Below are positions 1 through 12,002 of a stretch of 64,000 bases of DNA, piece after piece. Where the stretch lies: assembly GCA_016288695.1 (NCBI GenBank), contig JAEELD010000026.1, positions 17,774 to 81,773 of the forward strand, given 5' to 3'. Below the pieces are notes generated by a model. It was not told the DNA's origin. It worked only from the letters and a program-made list of their open reading frames with translations, and made no database searches. The stretch is from Mycoplasmataceae bacterium. GTDB taxonomy: Bacteria; Bacillota_I; Bacilli_A; Mycoplasmatales; Mycoplasmoidaceae. Numbering within the stretch: the stretch's first letter is position 1; the number at the start of each line of letters is the position of its first letter. The translations under genes and the position numbers were made by a program.

Positions 1-297
1 GAAAGAAAAAAGCGCAAAAATCAATCTGTTATTAAAACAAAAGAAATAAAAGTAAGACCTCAAATTGCTATGAATGATTTAAAATGGATGGTAAAAAACG
101 TTTCGAATTGAATAAATGACAATAATTTAGTGAAATTTAAAATTAAAGCTAGTGGTAGAGTTGGGTTCAAACCGCAATTAATTAATCAAACATATGAGAA
201 TTTTTTAAATCTTCTTGGACCTATTGCAAAAGTACAAACACCATTGAAAAAAATTTCGCCAATTTTTTATGAGGCAACACTCGTAAAGAACAAATAA
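1..297 (+). CDS. infC: translation initiation factor IF-3, C-terminal part (5' end outside window)
   Basis: Frame 1 is open from the window edge to TAA 295-297, with one in-frame TGA (109-111) read as Trp. Product ...KEIKVRPQIAMNDLKWMVKNVSNW...FKIKASGRVGFKPQ... resembles the IF-3 C-domain. It is followed by rpmI and rplT, as in the conserved infC-rpmI-rplT operon. Confidence 0.8.
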
Positions 298-328
298 TTT
301 TGTATATTATTAAAAAGGAGAATTATTG

Positions 329-526
329 ATGAGCAAAAAAATTAAGCATAAAACTAAAAAATCATTTGGAAAAAGAGTAAAAATATCTTCTAAAAAGAAA
401 ATAATAAGAAAACATTCTAATAGAAGTCATTTAGCCCACAATAAATCTACAAAACAAAAAAGACATTTAAGAAAAGATTCTGTTTTTAATAAATCTGCAT
501 TAAAACCATTAAAATATGCATTATAG
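329..526 (+). CDS. rpmI: 50S ribosomal protein L35
   Basis: Small Lys/Arg-rich ORF MSKKIKHKTKKSFGKRVKISSKKKIIRKHSNRSHLAHNKSTKQKRHLRK. AGGAG at 316-320 lies 8 nt upstream of ATG 329 (the track starts at TTG 326). Position between infC and rplT fits. Confidence 0.9.
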   Translation: MSKKIKHKTKKSFGKRVKISSKKKIIRKHSNRSHLAHNKSTKQKRHLRKDSVFNKSALKPLKYAL

Positions 527-557
527 ACTATAAAATTATTGAAAAGGAGAGAGGAAA

Positions 558-902
558 ATGAGAGCAACTAATGGGGTAGCAACTAGAAGGCGTAGAAAAG
601 CAATTAAGAGAAAAGTTGAGGGTTCATGAGGAACAAGACATTCCTCTTTTAAAGTAGCAAAGCAGACATATATTCAAAATTGTGAATATGCATATATAGG
701 AAGAAAACAAAAAAAGCGTGATTTTAGAAAGTTGTGAATTAATAGAATAAACGCTGCATGCAAGTCATTAGGTATTACTTATTCTAAGTTTATTAATTTA
801 TTAAACAAATCTAACATAAAAATTAACCGAAAAATGTTAAGTGAGTTAGCTATATCAAATCCTGAATTTTTCAAAGAAATTGTTAATTCTGTAAAAAAAT
901 AA
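558..902 (+). CDS. rplT: 50S ribosomal protein L20
   Basis: Absent from the ORF track because of two in-frame TGA codons. ATG 558 follows a GGAGAGAGG RBS. Product [27 protein letters not shown]...[18 protein letters not shown]... The conserved L20 Trp (LWI.RINAA) is encoded by TGA 735-737. Stop TAA 900-902. Confidence 0.93.
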
Positions 903-944
903 CATTAAATAAAGTTAATTTATTAGTATTTATTTTATGAAAAT

Positions 945-2327
945 ATGAAAATTAAACAAGAAGACATTGTCAATCATTTAAAACATTGTGGTTTTGTTTA
1001 TCAAACATCATCCATCTATGGTGGAATAGCTAATGGATGAGATTATGGTCCATTAGGAACATTATTAAAACAAAATATTAAAAAATTATGGTGAGATGAA
1101 TATGTTACAAGAACAGAAAATTCATTTGGACTAGATAGCAACATAATTTTAAATCCCTTAACTTGAAAATCAAGCGGACATTTATCAAATTTTTCTGATC
1201 CATTGGTGGATTGCAAAAATTGCAAAAATCGTTTTCGAGTAGATAAGCTCATTAGTGAAAAAATTAATATTCAAGCACATGAATCAACACCGTTTGAAGA
1301 ATTAGAACGAATAATAGAAGAGAACAACATATGTTGTCCTATATGTGGAGAAAAAAAATGAACAAAAATTAGAAATTTTAATTTAATGTTTAAGACATAT
1401 TTAGGGACGACAGAAAACAATAATGAGATGGTTTTTTTAAGGCCTGAAACAGCACAAGGAATCTTTACTAATTTTATGAATGTAGTTAGAACAAGTAGGG
1501 CAAAATTACCATTTAGTATTTGTCAAATAGGTAAGGCATTCCGAAATGAAATTACTCCAGGTAATTTTATTTTTAGGACAAGAGAATTTGAGCAAATGGA
1601 ATGTGAATGTTTTACTTTTCCTGGTTTTGATACTGACGAATTTGAAAATCAACTCAATAAAATTAAAAATTTTTTATTTAATATTTTATCCATTAATAAG
1701 TCAAATATCATGATGCATGAGCATAAAAAAGATGAATTATCTCATTATTCTAAAAGAACAATTGATTTTCAATATAATTTTCCCCATGGTTTTAGTGAAT
1801 TATGAGGATTAGCAAATCGCGGTGATTATGATTTGAAACAACATTCAAAATTTGCGAATGAAGAAATTTATTATTTTGATGAGAAACAAAATAAAAAAAT
1901 AATCCCTCTTGTTATCGAACCTTCTGTTGGTGTTGAAAGATTATTTTATGCTATTTGCTGCGATAAATATGATGAGGAACAATTAGGAGATAATGAAAAG
2001 AGGATTGTTATGCACTTTCCTTACAATTTATCTCCATATAAAGTTGCTGTTTTGCCATTAGTTAATAAGTTAAAAGAAAAATCATTAAATATTTTCAAGA
2101 CTATTATTAAAAACAATATTAGTGCAATTTTTGATTCTAGTGGCTCTATAGGTAGAAGATATAGAAGACAAGATGAAATAGGTACATACTTTTCAATCAC
2201 TATTGATTATGAAACATTAAATGATGAAATGGTTACAATTAGACATCGTGATACAATGAAACAGGAACGAATTAAAATAGCTGATATTTTTACATATTTA
2301 GAAAAGAAGAAAATAATTAATGGATAA
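945..2327 (+). CDS. glyQS: glycine--tRNA ligase (alpha2 type)
   Basis: Merges an unlisted 5' part with track ORFs 1386-1805 and 1833-2327 (same frame, separated only by TGA). N-terminus [38 protein letters not shown]. Class II motifs [41 protein letters not shown]. Confidence 0.92.
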
Positions 2328-4344
2328 ATCATATATTAATTTAGAGATAATAAATGACATTAAAAATAGTGCTAACATAGTTGATGTTATTGGAAGCTAC
2401 ATTAAACTTAAAAAGAAAGGAAGTAGTTATTTTGGCCTTTGTCCATTCCATAATGATAATCATCCATCATTATCTGTTTCGCCTAATAAAAAAATATTTA
2501 AATGTTTTGTTTGTGGAGCAAAAGGTAATGTTTTTAATTTTGTTAGTAAATATGAAAATATTAATTTTTTTGAATCAGTTATTAAAGTTGCTAAATTAAT
2601 AAATTATGATTTGACAAAATTAGATTTTCTGAATCAAAAAATAAAAAGTTTACCAGATGATGAAAAAAGATTAATTGAAGCAAATTTTAGGTGTAACACT
2701 TTTTATAATGGCTTTCTTTTTAACGAAAGATATAAAAAATATTTATCATATTTGCATACTCGAGGACTTAATAATGAAATAATTAAACATTTTTTTATTG
2801 GTTTTGCTCCTAATGATGAAAATTTGATTGCTAATTTGCTTACAAATAATGATAACATTTTTGGAGGTTTACCAAAAGATAAAGTATTTAATTTACAAGA
2901 ATTACTAGATGCAAAAATTGTCACTGATAATAAAGGAAAATTTATTCCATTTTTAATGAATAGGATTACTTTTCCAATATTTGACGAAAATAACAATTTA
3001 GTAGCTTTTAGTGGAAGACAGGTGGAAGAACATAATGATTCCCCTAAATATTTGCATTCGCCGGATAGTAAAATATTTCATAAAAATAAAATTTTATATA
3101 ACTTGAATAATTTAAAAAATAAGCAAATTGAAGAATTAATCATTGTCGAAGGATTTATGGATGTAATTGCATTTTTTCGAGCTAACATAACAAATGTAGT
3201 AGCTACAATGGGTACATCATTAACTTCTAATCATATTTTATTGATTCAATCAATTAAAAATTTAAATTCGATTTTATTATCATTTGATAATGATCAAGCT
3301 GGTATTGCGGCAACAATTAATGTAGGCAAAGAACTTTTAGATAATGGTTTTAAAGTATATGTTGCAAATTATGGATCTATAAGAGAAAAAGATCCTGATG
3401 AAATTATTACCAATTTGGATAGTAAACAATTAAATAAAATCATTGAAAATAAGGAAGACTATATTAGCTTTTTAATTAAAGAAAAATTGAAAGATAAATT
3501 ACCACTAGATAAATTAACAAAAACTGTTGATGAATTATTGGTTGATATAATTGATTATGGCGATTTAATGCTTAGAACGAAATATCTTAAATTGTTATCT
3601 GATTTGTCTAATTTAGATTTTGATGATTTAATGTTTAAATATAACTTTTTGTTCAATAAAAAATATTCATTGTCTAAAGTTTATATTAATAAAAACATTA
3701 TTGATAATGATTTATATGAAAATTCAATGAAACTGTTGGACGAAAATTATTCGCCTGATAAAACAGAACTGGAAAATTTATTAAATTTTTATGTTATTCA
3801 AATGAATAAATGCAAAAAAAATATGGGATCAATTCTTAATGTTTTAATAACCCAATCTATTTTTGTCCCTAATTCAATTTTGATTTTTTTTGGTGATATC
3901 CGCATGTGCCTTGATAAAGGAATAAATATTTCACAATCAAAATTAATAAAAATAATAGAAAGCATTGTTAAAAAATCTAAATCAAACATCGACTCTCTAA
4001 TGTTAATTGAAAATATAAGAAAATTCAATGATGGTACCAATTCAACAAAAAATGCTATCAGCTATTTTGAAAAATTAATGAATTCGAATGTTTTTGAAAA
4101 TCCATTTGAAAAAAATAATTATTCAACAAACATAGAAAAAAGAATAAAAGATAATGTTTTAAAGTTAAAAGAAGATAGATATAAATTAATTTTTAGTACA
4201 TATATTATCATGTCTATTTTAGCAAAACAAAAATGTGAAAGTGGTATAAACAAAGAAGAAAATAATTTGCTAGTTTCTAAATATATGCAAAGAGCACAAA
4301 TTGTAATGGAAAATCTAAGAGAATTTTTAAGAAATAAAAAATAA
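2320..4344 (+). CDS. dnaG: DNA primase
   Basis: 674-aa ORF. Zinc ribbon CPFHNDNHPSLSVSPNKKIFKCFVCGAKGN. Toprim signature EGFMDVIA ... SFDNDQAG. Overlaps the glyQS stop by 8 nt. Confidence 0.92.
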   Translation: MDKSYINLEIINDIKNSANIVDVIGSYIKLKKKGSSYFGLCPFHNDNHPSLSVSPNKKIFKCFVCGAKGNVFNFVSKYENINFFESVIKVAKLINYDLTKLDFLNQKIKSLPDDEKRLIEANFRCNTFYNGFLFNERYKKYLSYLHTRGLNNEIIKHFFIGFAPNDENLIANLLTNNDNIFGGLPKDKVFNLQELLDAKIVTDNKGKFIPFLMNRITFPIFDENNNLVAFSGRQVEEHNDSPKYLHSPDSKIFHKNKILYNLNNLKNKQIEELIIVEGFMDVIAFFRANITNVVATMGTSLTSNHILLIQSIKNLNSILLSFDNDQAGIAATINVGKELLDNGFKVYVANYGSIREKDPDEIITNLDSKQLNKIIENKEDYISFLIKEKLKDKLPLDKLTKTVDELLVDIIDYGDLMLRTKYLKLLSDLSNLDFDDLMFKYNFLFNKKYSLSKVYINKNIIDNDLYENSMKLLDENYSPDKTELENLLNFYVIQMNKCKKNMGSILNVLITQSIFVPNSILIFFGDIRMCLDKGINISQSKLIKIIESIVKKSKSNIDSLMLIENIRKFNDGTNSTKNAISYFEKLMNSNVFENPFEKNNYSTNIEKRIKDNVLKLKEDRYKLIFSTYIIMSILAKQKCESGINKEENNLLVSKYMQRAQIVMENLREFLRNKK

Positions 4345-4362
4345 ATTTAATATTTACTTCAT

Positions 4363-4779
4363 ATGCGACTGCTTGGAATTGATTTTGGAGAAAAGCGAGT
4401 AGGGTTGGCAATTACAGATGATGATTGCAAAATAGCTAGTAGTTGAAAAACGATCACATATAGTAAAAATAATTATCAATACTTGATTGATCAAATAAAA
4501 AAATTGATCAAACCATATGAGATAAAATCTATTATTTTAGGTTATCCATTACATTTATCAGGCAAAGAATCTAAAACATCAAAAAAAGTATTAATATTTA
4601 AAAAATTTTTGGAAAATAATTTCCATTTTAAAGTTATTTTATGAGATGAACGAAATTCAACAATTCAAACAACAAGTTATTTGAAAGATTTTTTAAAACT
4701 AAAAAATAGCAAAGTGAAAAAAATTATTGATAAGATGTCAGCCCAACACATTTTAGAAGATTATTTAAATAGTAAATAA
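4363..4779 (+). CDS. ruvX: YqgF/RuvX-family putative pre-16S rRNA nuclease
   Basis: Not in the track (in-frame TGA codons). ATG 4363, TAA 4777-4779, 138 aa. N-terminus MRLLGIDFGEKRVGLAITDDDCKIASSW matches the YqgF G.D.G.KR.G.A motif. Confidence 0.85.
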
Positions 4780-4781
4780 AT

Positions 4782-5357
4782 ATGAATTTATCTGAACTAA
4801 AATCAATATGCAAAAATGATAACATACCAATTGTAAGAGATGGTACTATTTTATTGATTAATAGAATAATTAATCAGTTAAAAATCAAAACAATTCTAGA
4901 AATAGGCACAGCTTATGGATATTCATCATATGCTATGAGCTTAAATAAAAGTGTTAGAAAAATCGTAACAATAGAAAAAAATAACTTAAATTTTTTAAAA
5001 GCTAGTTTTTATCTTAAAGATATAAAAAAGATAAAAATCATAAATGGAGATGCTTTTAAGTATCAGTTTTTTAATAAATATGATTTAATTTTTATTGATG
5101 GTTCAAAATCTCACCAAGATGTTTTATTTAATAAATTAAAAAAATGTTTGAAAAGAAGTGGGATAATTATTATTGATAACATTTTTTTAAAAAAATTTAG
5201 TACAAAAAAGAATTTGACTAGAAATCAACAAAAGCTAATAAAAAAGGTGGAAGATTTTTATAAGTTTTTGCAAAACCTTAAAGGATGATTTGTATTAATA
5301 AAAGATATTGAAGATGGTGTTGCTATAATTAGTAAAAAACAATGAAAATTATTGTAA
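4782..5357 (+). CDS. class I SAM-dependent O-methyltransferase (YrrM/TrmR-like)
   Basis: Track ORF 4782-5288 extends through TGA 5286 and TGA 5343 to TAA 5355-5357. SAM motif I ILEIGTAYGYSSYAMS, and DLIFIDGSK. Its position between ruvX and two U32 genes mirrors B. subtilis yrrK-yrrM-yrrN-yrrO. Confidence 0.7.
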
Positions 5358-6277
5358 ATTCAACGGATTATAAAAATGCAATAGATTTATGTTCAAAAAA
5401 ATTCAATGGAATAATAGTTGTAGGAATTAAAAATTTTAGCAATGGAACTTCTTGCAAATTATCTAAAAACCAAATTCTAACATTACAAAAAATTGCGCTA
5501 AAACACAAAAAGCAAATATTTGTTTTACTAGATGTTTTTATATTTGAAGATTATTTAAAAGATTTAGAGAATACTTTAAATTTTTTGAATGAAATTAAAA
5601 TTTCTGGAGTTGTTTTTAATGATTTTTCTATAAACCAGATTTCATGAGAAAGAAAATATAATTTTAAACTATTTTATGATCCTAAAACTTTAATTACTAA
5701 TTATGGACAATTTGATTTTTATCACAAAAATAATATATCAGCAGTTTTTTTATCCAATTATTTAACAGAAAAAGAAATTAAAGAAATGGGGAAACAAAAA
5801 AAATGCGAATTAATTATTCAATCCTCAGGTTATTCATTTATTATGAATTCACGATGAAATTTAATTAGTTCATTTTGCAAAAGGAATAAAATTAATGATG
5901 ATTTGAAGTATAAAAAATTGTATATTAAAGAGCTTGAAAGAAAATTTCCTTCAATAATAATCGAAAATGATTTTGGCACATCAATATATTCTGCATATGA
6001 TCTAACATTAATTGACAAACTTGACATTCTAGAAAAAAATAATATTGATTATATTTTCATTGATAGTTATTTGCATGATTCTAAATGGCTTAACAAGACA
6101 ATAAATTTATATATTGATGCTTTATGTGACAAAAATTATCCAGAAAAAAAGGATATTTATTTTGAAAAAAATAAAAAAATTGCTAAGTCGCAAAATTTGT
6201 CTCATGGTTTTTTCTCTTCAGACAAATCAGAGTTATATTATTTAAAAAAAGAAATCATAAAAGATAATTATGAATAA
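5342..6277 (+). CDS. peptidase U32 family protein (YrrN/TrhP1-like)
   Basis: Merges 5342-5647 and 5903-6277 (same frame, TGA-separated). 311 aa, similar in length to B. subtilis YrrN. Overlaps the upstream methyltransferase by 16 nt. Confidence 0.7.
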
Positions 6278-7472
6278 GAAAATAGAGCTTTTAGCCCCAG
6301 CAGGTTCATTTTTTAAAGCGGAGATAGCGCTAAAATACGGTGCAGATGCAATATATTTAGGTGCAAAACAATTTTCTTTGCGTGCTAGAGCAACTAATTT
6401 TGAGTTAAATGATATAAAAAAAATAATTCTGTTGGCGCACAATAAAAAGAAAAAAGTCTACATAGTGACTAATATTTTTTGTCATAATAATGACTTAAAA
6501 CGATTGAAACCTTTTTTAAAGAAGATAATTTCTTTCAATCCTGATGGCTTTATCTGTTCTGATCCTTATATTATTTGTATGCTTTATAAACTTTCAAATA
6601 AGGTTAATATACATATTTCAACACAACAATCGGTAACTAATTCAAAAGCAGCTTTATTCTGAAAAAGGAATAATGCTAAAAGAATTATTTTAGCTAGAGA
6701 AGTTTCATATTCAGAACTTAAAAAAATATTAAAAAACATCAATAAGCAAATGGAAATTGAATGTTTTATTCATGGGGCTATTTGTATTAGTTATTCAGGA
6801 AGATGCCATATAAGTAATAACTATTGCCTAAGAGACTCTAATATTGGCGGTTGTGCACAGTCATGTCGATGAGTTTATAAATTATTTGATAAAAAGAAAA
6901 TTTATTCGAAATCATTCACAATGTCAACTAAGGATATGTGTCAACTAAAAAATATGAAAAAAATATTAAATTTGGATCTGACTTCAATTAAAATTGAAGG
7001 AAGAATGAAATCTGAATATTATCTTGCAAATGTATGCAATGTGTATAAAAATTTCATAAACAATTATTATAAAAACAGTTCAACCCATTATAAAAAGTGT
7101 ATTGATGAATTAAAAAAAAATTCAAATAGAGAATTTTGTTCAGCATGATTCAATGGATTGCCAAATTTTAAATCTTTTATTTGTTCAGAAAATCAATTAA
7201 TAGTAAACCAATCATATGCTTTTATAATAAACAAATATATTGGTAAAAACATTTATGAAATAACAAGCAAAAATTATTTTGAATCAAGTTATTCATTTGA
7301 AGTACTTAAACCAAAAGAAGATCCATTAAAATTTAAAATTATTAAAATTTTTGACAGTGAGCATAAGAACATCTCAATAGTTAACACACCTCAAAGGATT
7401 TACTATATTAAAGTCGAGAATAATATAAACTTAGTTAGAAATGATATTGTTCGGATTAGAAACAAATATTAA
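6270..7472 (+). CDS. peptidase U32 family protein (YrrO/TrhP2-like)
   Basis: Merges 6270-6662, 6921-7148 and 7158-7472 (same frame). N-terminus MNKKIELLAPAGSFFKAEIALKYGADAIYLG. Cys-rich segment CFIHGAICISYSGRCHISNNYCLRDSNIGGCAQSCRW and IKIEGRMKS, typical of the U32 family. Confidence 0.8.
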
Positions 7473-8045
7473 TTTATTTAATTTTAATTTACACATATAG
7501 GATAAAAGATAATTTTTCGTCCTTATTGTATTTATTTTTAGATTAGTTGTATCTATATTAGCAATTTTATGGTTTACTGGTTGGCCTTTATATTTTATAT
7601 ATGCTTCTTTTTTTGTTCATATTTCTAAAAATTTGTCTTTTTTCGTTTTAGATAATTTTCATAACTTAATTTCATTTTTTGAAAAAAGTTTGTACACTAT
7701 GTTCTCATTTGCTTTCATATTTCGATTTAAAATGTCAACCCCTACTTTTGAATTACTTATTGCGCATGCCACAGCATCATTTGTGTGACTAATATTAAAA
7801 TGAATATTTTTAATTTTTTTTATGTAAGGCTTACCATATTTTGAATAATGAATTTTACTAATTTTTCTTATCCCGAAAAGATTAATTAAACCTATTTGAA
7901 GCAAAAAATATGATATGATCTTGATTTTTTCATTTGCTTTGTTTTTATAAAAACTTACTTTTCTTTGGAAATATGGAAATAACAAATCATTTATTTTTTT
8001 AAAATTTACCTTGTTAAAATTATCACAAAAGTAAATACAAAACAT
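7431..8045 (-). CDS. Sfp-type 4'-phosphopantetheinyl transferase
   Basis: Track ORF 7659-8045 continues through TGA (7659-7661) to TAA 7431-7433, giving 204 aa. Motifs YGKPY, FNISHTNDAVACAIS..VGVDI and, only in the code-4 extension, EIWTKKEAYIKYKG (the W..KE...K PPTase motif). Confidence 0.75.
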
Positions 8046-8116
8046 ATGTATACAAAAATACTTATTTAATTAAAATACAGTAACTATATGATTTGTTATA
8101 AGTTGGTTAAAAAAAA

Positions 8117-9310
8117 TTAACCAATAATTTCAATTACAGTTCCTGCTCCGATAGTGTGTCCACCTTCACGAACTGAGAATTTACTACCTTTTTCAATAGC
8201 AACAGGAGCAATTAATTCACAATTTATTTCTGTGTTGTCACCTGGCATAACCATTTCAACACCTTCTTTTAAATTAATAGTACCAGTTACATCAGTTGTT
8301 CTAAAATAGAATTGAGGTCTATATCCATTTAAAAATGGAGTATGTCTTCCACCTTCTTCTTTTTTAAGAACATATAATTGAGCTTTAAATTTTTTATATG
8401 GCTTAATTGAGTTTGGTTTACATAATACTTGTCCACGTTCAACATCTTCACGATTGATTCCACGAAGAAGAATTCCAGCATTATCTCCAGCTCTTGCATC
8501 ATCTAGAATTTTATGGAACATTTCAATACCTGTAACTATAGATTTAACTGTTGGTCTTAGGCCGACAATTTCAACTTCATCATTAAGTTTAATTGTTCCT
8601 CTTTCAACCCTACCAGTTACAACAGTACCTCGACCAGAAATTGTGAATATATCTTCAATAGGCAACAAAAATGGTTTTTCCAAATCATGTGTAGGTGTTG
8701 GAATCCATTCATCAATAGCATCTAATAGTTTAGCAATTGATTCTTCTCATTTTGCTTCACCTTTTAATGCACCAAGAGCACTTCCACGTATTACAGGAGA
8801 TTTATCACCTTCAAAACCATATTTGTTTAATAAATCTTTTATTTCCATTTCAACCAAATCTTGGATTTCATTATCAGCTGCCATATCACATTTATTCATA
8901 AATACAACAATTCTAGGAACACCAACTTGTCTTGCAAGTAAGATATGTTCACGAGTTTGTGGCATTGCACCATCTGTAGCAGCAACAACTAATATTGCTC
9001 CATCCATTTGTGCAGCTCCAGTAATCATGTTTTTTATGTAGTCAGCATGCCCAGGACAGTCAACATGTGCATAATGTCTTTTTTGAGTTGAATATTCAAC
9101 ATGTGATGTATTAATAGTTATTCCACGAGCTTTTTCCTCAGGAGCACTATCAATTGAAGCATAGTCACGTGCAGCTGCAGTACCTTTATCAGCATGTTTA
9201 GATAAATAAGTACATATAGCCGCTGTTAAAGTTGTTTTACCATGGTCAATGTGTCCTATGGTACCAATATTTACATGGGGTTTACTACGATCGAATTTTT
9301 CCTTTGACAT
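8117..9310 (-). CDS. tuf: elongation factor Tu
   Basis: Merges 8117-8683 and 8747-9310 (same frame), 397 aa. [22 protein letters not shown]. The UGA at 8747-8749 sits at the conserved Trp of GEAKWEESI. Confidence 0.98.
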
Positions 9311-9403
9311 ATAATTTTCCTTTCCAAATATAAAAATAGTAAAAGTAAAAACTTTATATATTATATATATTTTTATCTACTTTAGTTTTAATGAAAGTTA
9401 TTT

Positions 9404-11485
9404 TTATTTTTTTGAACTTTGTGATTTAACTTTTATAACTTCATCAGTTATTGACTTTGGTGCTTGAGCATAGTGACTAAATTGCATTATGTAGTTTCCT
9501 CTACCTTGTGTAAAACTTCTTAAATCTGTAGCATAACCAAACATTTCTTTTAATGGCACTTGAGCCTTAATGATTTGAGCATTGTTTCTTTGTTCTGTTC
9601 CAAGTATGTTCCCACGTCGAGAAGATATATCTCCCATTGCATCACCAAAAAATTGCTCTGGGACAGTTACATCAACTGACATTATTGGTTCAAGTAAGAC
9701 AATTCCACAAATTTTTGCAGCTTCTTTTAGAGCTATACTAGCAGCTATTTTAAATGCCATTTCACTAGAGTCTACTTCGTGATAAGAACCATCATGAAGT
9801 GTAGCTTTTATATCAATTAATGGATATCCAGCAAGTGGTCCAGATTTACATGCTTCAATTAATCCTGAATTTATTGGTTTAATGTATTCACGAGGCACCT
9901 TCCCACCAACAATTTTGTCAATAAATTCAAATCCTTTTGATGGATTTGGTTCAAATTTTATTCAAACATGACCATACTGCCCTCTACCCCCGGACTGTTT
10001 TATATATTTTCCTTCTGCATCTCCTACTTTTGTGAATGTTTCACGATATGCAACTTGAGGAGCACCAACGTTGACATTGACATTAAATTCACGTTTCATT
10101 CTATCAACAATAATATCCAAATGAAGCTCACCCATTCCAGAAATAATTGTTTGTCCAGTTTCTTCATTTGTAAATGTTTTAAAAGTTGGATCTTCTTCAG
10201 CAAGTTTGCTTAAAGCAATGGACATTTTTTCTTGATCAGCCTTAGTTTTTGGTTCAACAGCTAAACTAATTACTGGTTCTGCAAATTTCATTGATTCAAG
10301 TCTTATATCAATATTTTCATCACACAAAGTATTTCCAGTTGTAGTGTTTTTTAATCCAATAACTGCACAAATATCACCAGCCCTAATCTCATCTATTTCA
10401 GTCCTACTATTAGAACTCATTTTAACTAAACGCGATATTCTTTCTTTTTCTCTTTTGTTATTGTTTTTTACATAACTTCCAGCTTTTAAAACACCAGAAT
10501 AGACTCTTAAGAATGTTAACCTACCAATAAATGGATCTGTTGCAACTTTAAATGCTAATCCAACAAATTTTTCATTATCATCAGGTTTTATTTTTATTTC
10601 TTCATTATCACTATTAAATCCTTTAACAGAGCCTACATCAAGTGGGCTTGGTAAAAAATCAACTACAGCATCCATCATTTTACCTACACCTTTATTTTTG
10701 AATGATGAACCACATATTACAGGAAAAATATTGCAAGTAAGAGTTGCATTTCGAATACATTTTTTAATTTCATCTACTGTTAGTTCTTGTTCATTTAGAT
10801 ACTTTTCCATGCAAGCATCATCATAATTAACTATTTCTTCCAACATTAATTTTCTAAAGTGTTTAGCTTTTTCAATCAAATCAGAAGGAATATCTTTGAT
10901 TTCTGGTATTTCTTTTTCCTCACCCGAATAGTAATATGCTTTCATTTCAACTAAGTCAACAAGACCTTGAAAATTATTTTCAGCTCCTATTGGGTACTGG
11001 ATAGCAATACCTTTTACACCTAATCGTTCTTTTAATGAATTAACAGAATATTCGAAATCAGCACCAATTTTGTCCATCTTATTGATATAAACAACTCGAG
11101 GAACATTATATTCACTTGCTTGTCTCCAAACAGTTTCTGTTTGTGGTTCAACTCCATTTTGAGCATCTAATACTGTCACAGCCCCATCTAAAACACGAAG
11201 TGAACGTTCAACTTCAACTGTAAAATCAACATGTCCTGGAGTATCAATCAAATTTAATTCATAGCCTCTTCACTCACAGTATGTTGCAGCAGAAGTAATA
11301 GTTATACCTCTTTCTTTCTCTTGTGCCATCCAATCCATTGTTGCACCACCATCATGTGTTTCACCAATTTTATGGATTCTATTAGTTAAGAATAAAACAC
11401 GTTCAGATGTGGTTGTTTTACCAGCATCAATATGTGCCATTATTCCAAAATTACGATATTTTTCCAAAGGATATTGTCTAGCCAT
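9404..11485 (-). CDS. fusA: elongation factor G
   Basis: Merges 9404-9898, 9962-11251 and 11270-11485 (same frame), 693 aa. [22 protein letters not shown]. Confidence 0.98.
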
Positions 11486-11503
11486 TTTAACTCCAAATAT
11501 TTA

Positions 11504-11971
11504 TTAAAATCGAAGATTAGCAAATGCTTTATTTGCTTCTGCCATTTTATGTGTATCTTCACGTTTTTTAACTGAATTACCAATTCCTTTACTTGCATCG
11601 ATTATTTCACAACTTAGTCGGTCAATCATTGTTTTTTCATTTCTATTTCTTGAATATAAAATTAATCAACGTAAACCTAATGTAATTTTCCTTTCAGGAG
11701 AAACTTCAGTAGGCACCTGATAATTTGATCCAGCTACACGACGAACTTTTAACTCTAATGTTGGCATTATATTTTTAAGTGCCTCATTAAATACTTCTAA
11801 TGCAGGTTTTTTTGTTTTTTCTTCGACTTTTTTAAAAGATCTATACAAAATGTTTTGAGCACGACTTTTCTTCCCATCTCACATTAACATATTTATTACT
11901 CTAGTTATAAGTTTAGAATTATATACGGGGTCAGGTAAGATATTACGTTTTTTTGCTTGATTTTTACGCAT
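11504..11971 (-). CDS. rpsG: 30S ribosomal protein S7
   Basis: The track shows only 11666-11848. Under code 4 the frame runs from ATG 11971 to TAA 11504-11506, 155 aa. [39 protein letters not shown]... to ...ANLRF. Lies between rpsL and fusA. Confidence 0.95.
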
Positions 11972-12002
11972 TGAAATAATTCCTTTCTATACACTTTTCT
12001 AA

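Noticed and set aside
8103-8124. Hairpin TTGGTTAA-A6-TTAACCAA at the tuf stop codon, a possible terminator
   Set aside because: The stem is almost all A/T (2 G:C pairs), it includes the stop codon itself, and on the tuf strand it is followed by CUUAUAAC rather than a U-tract. Too weak to call.
8454-9041. 195-aa plus-strand ORF from the track
   Set aside because: It lies entirely antisense to tuf, whose EF-Tu reading is unambiguous. The product is low-complexity Ser/Ile/Pro-rich, typical of a shadow frame opposite a highly expressed gene.
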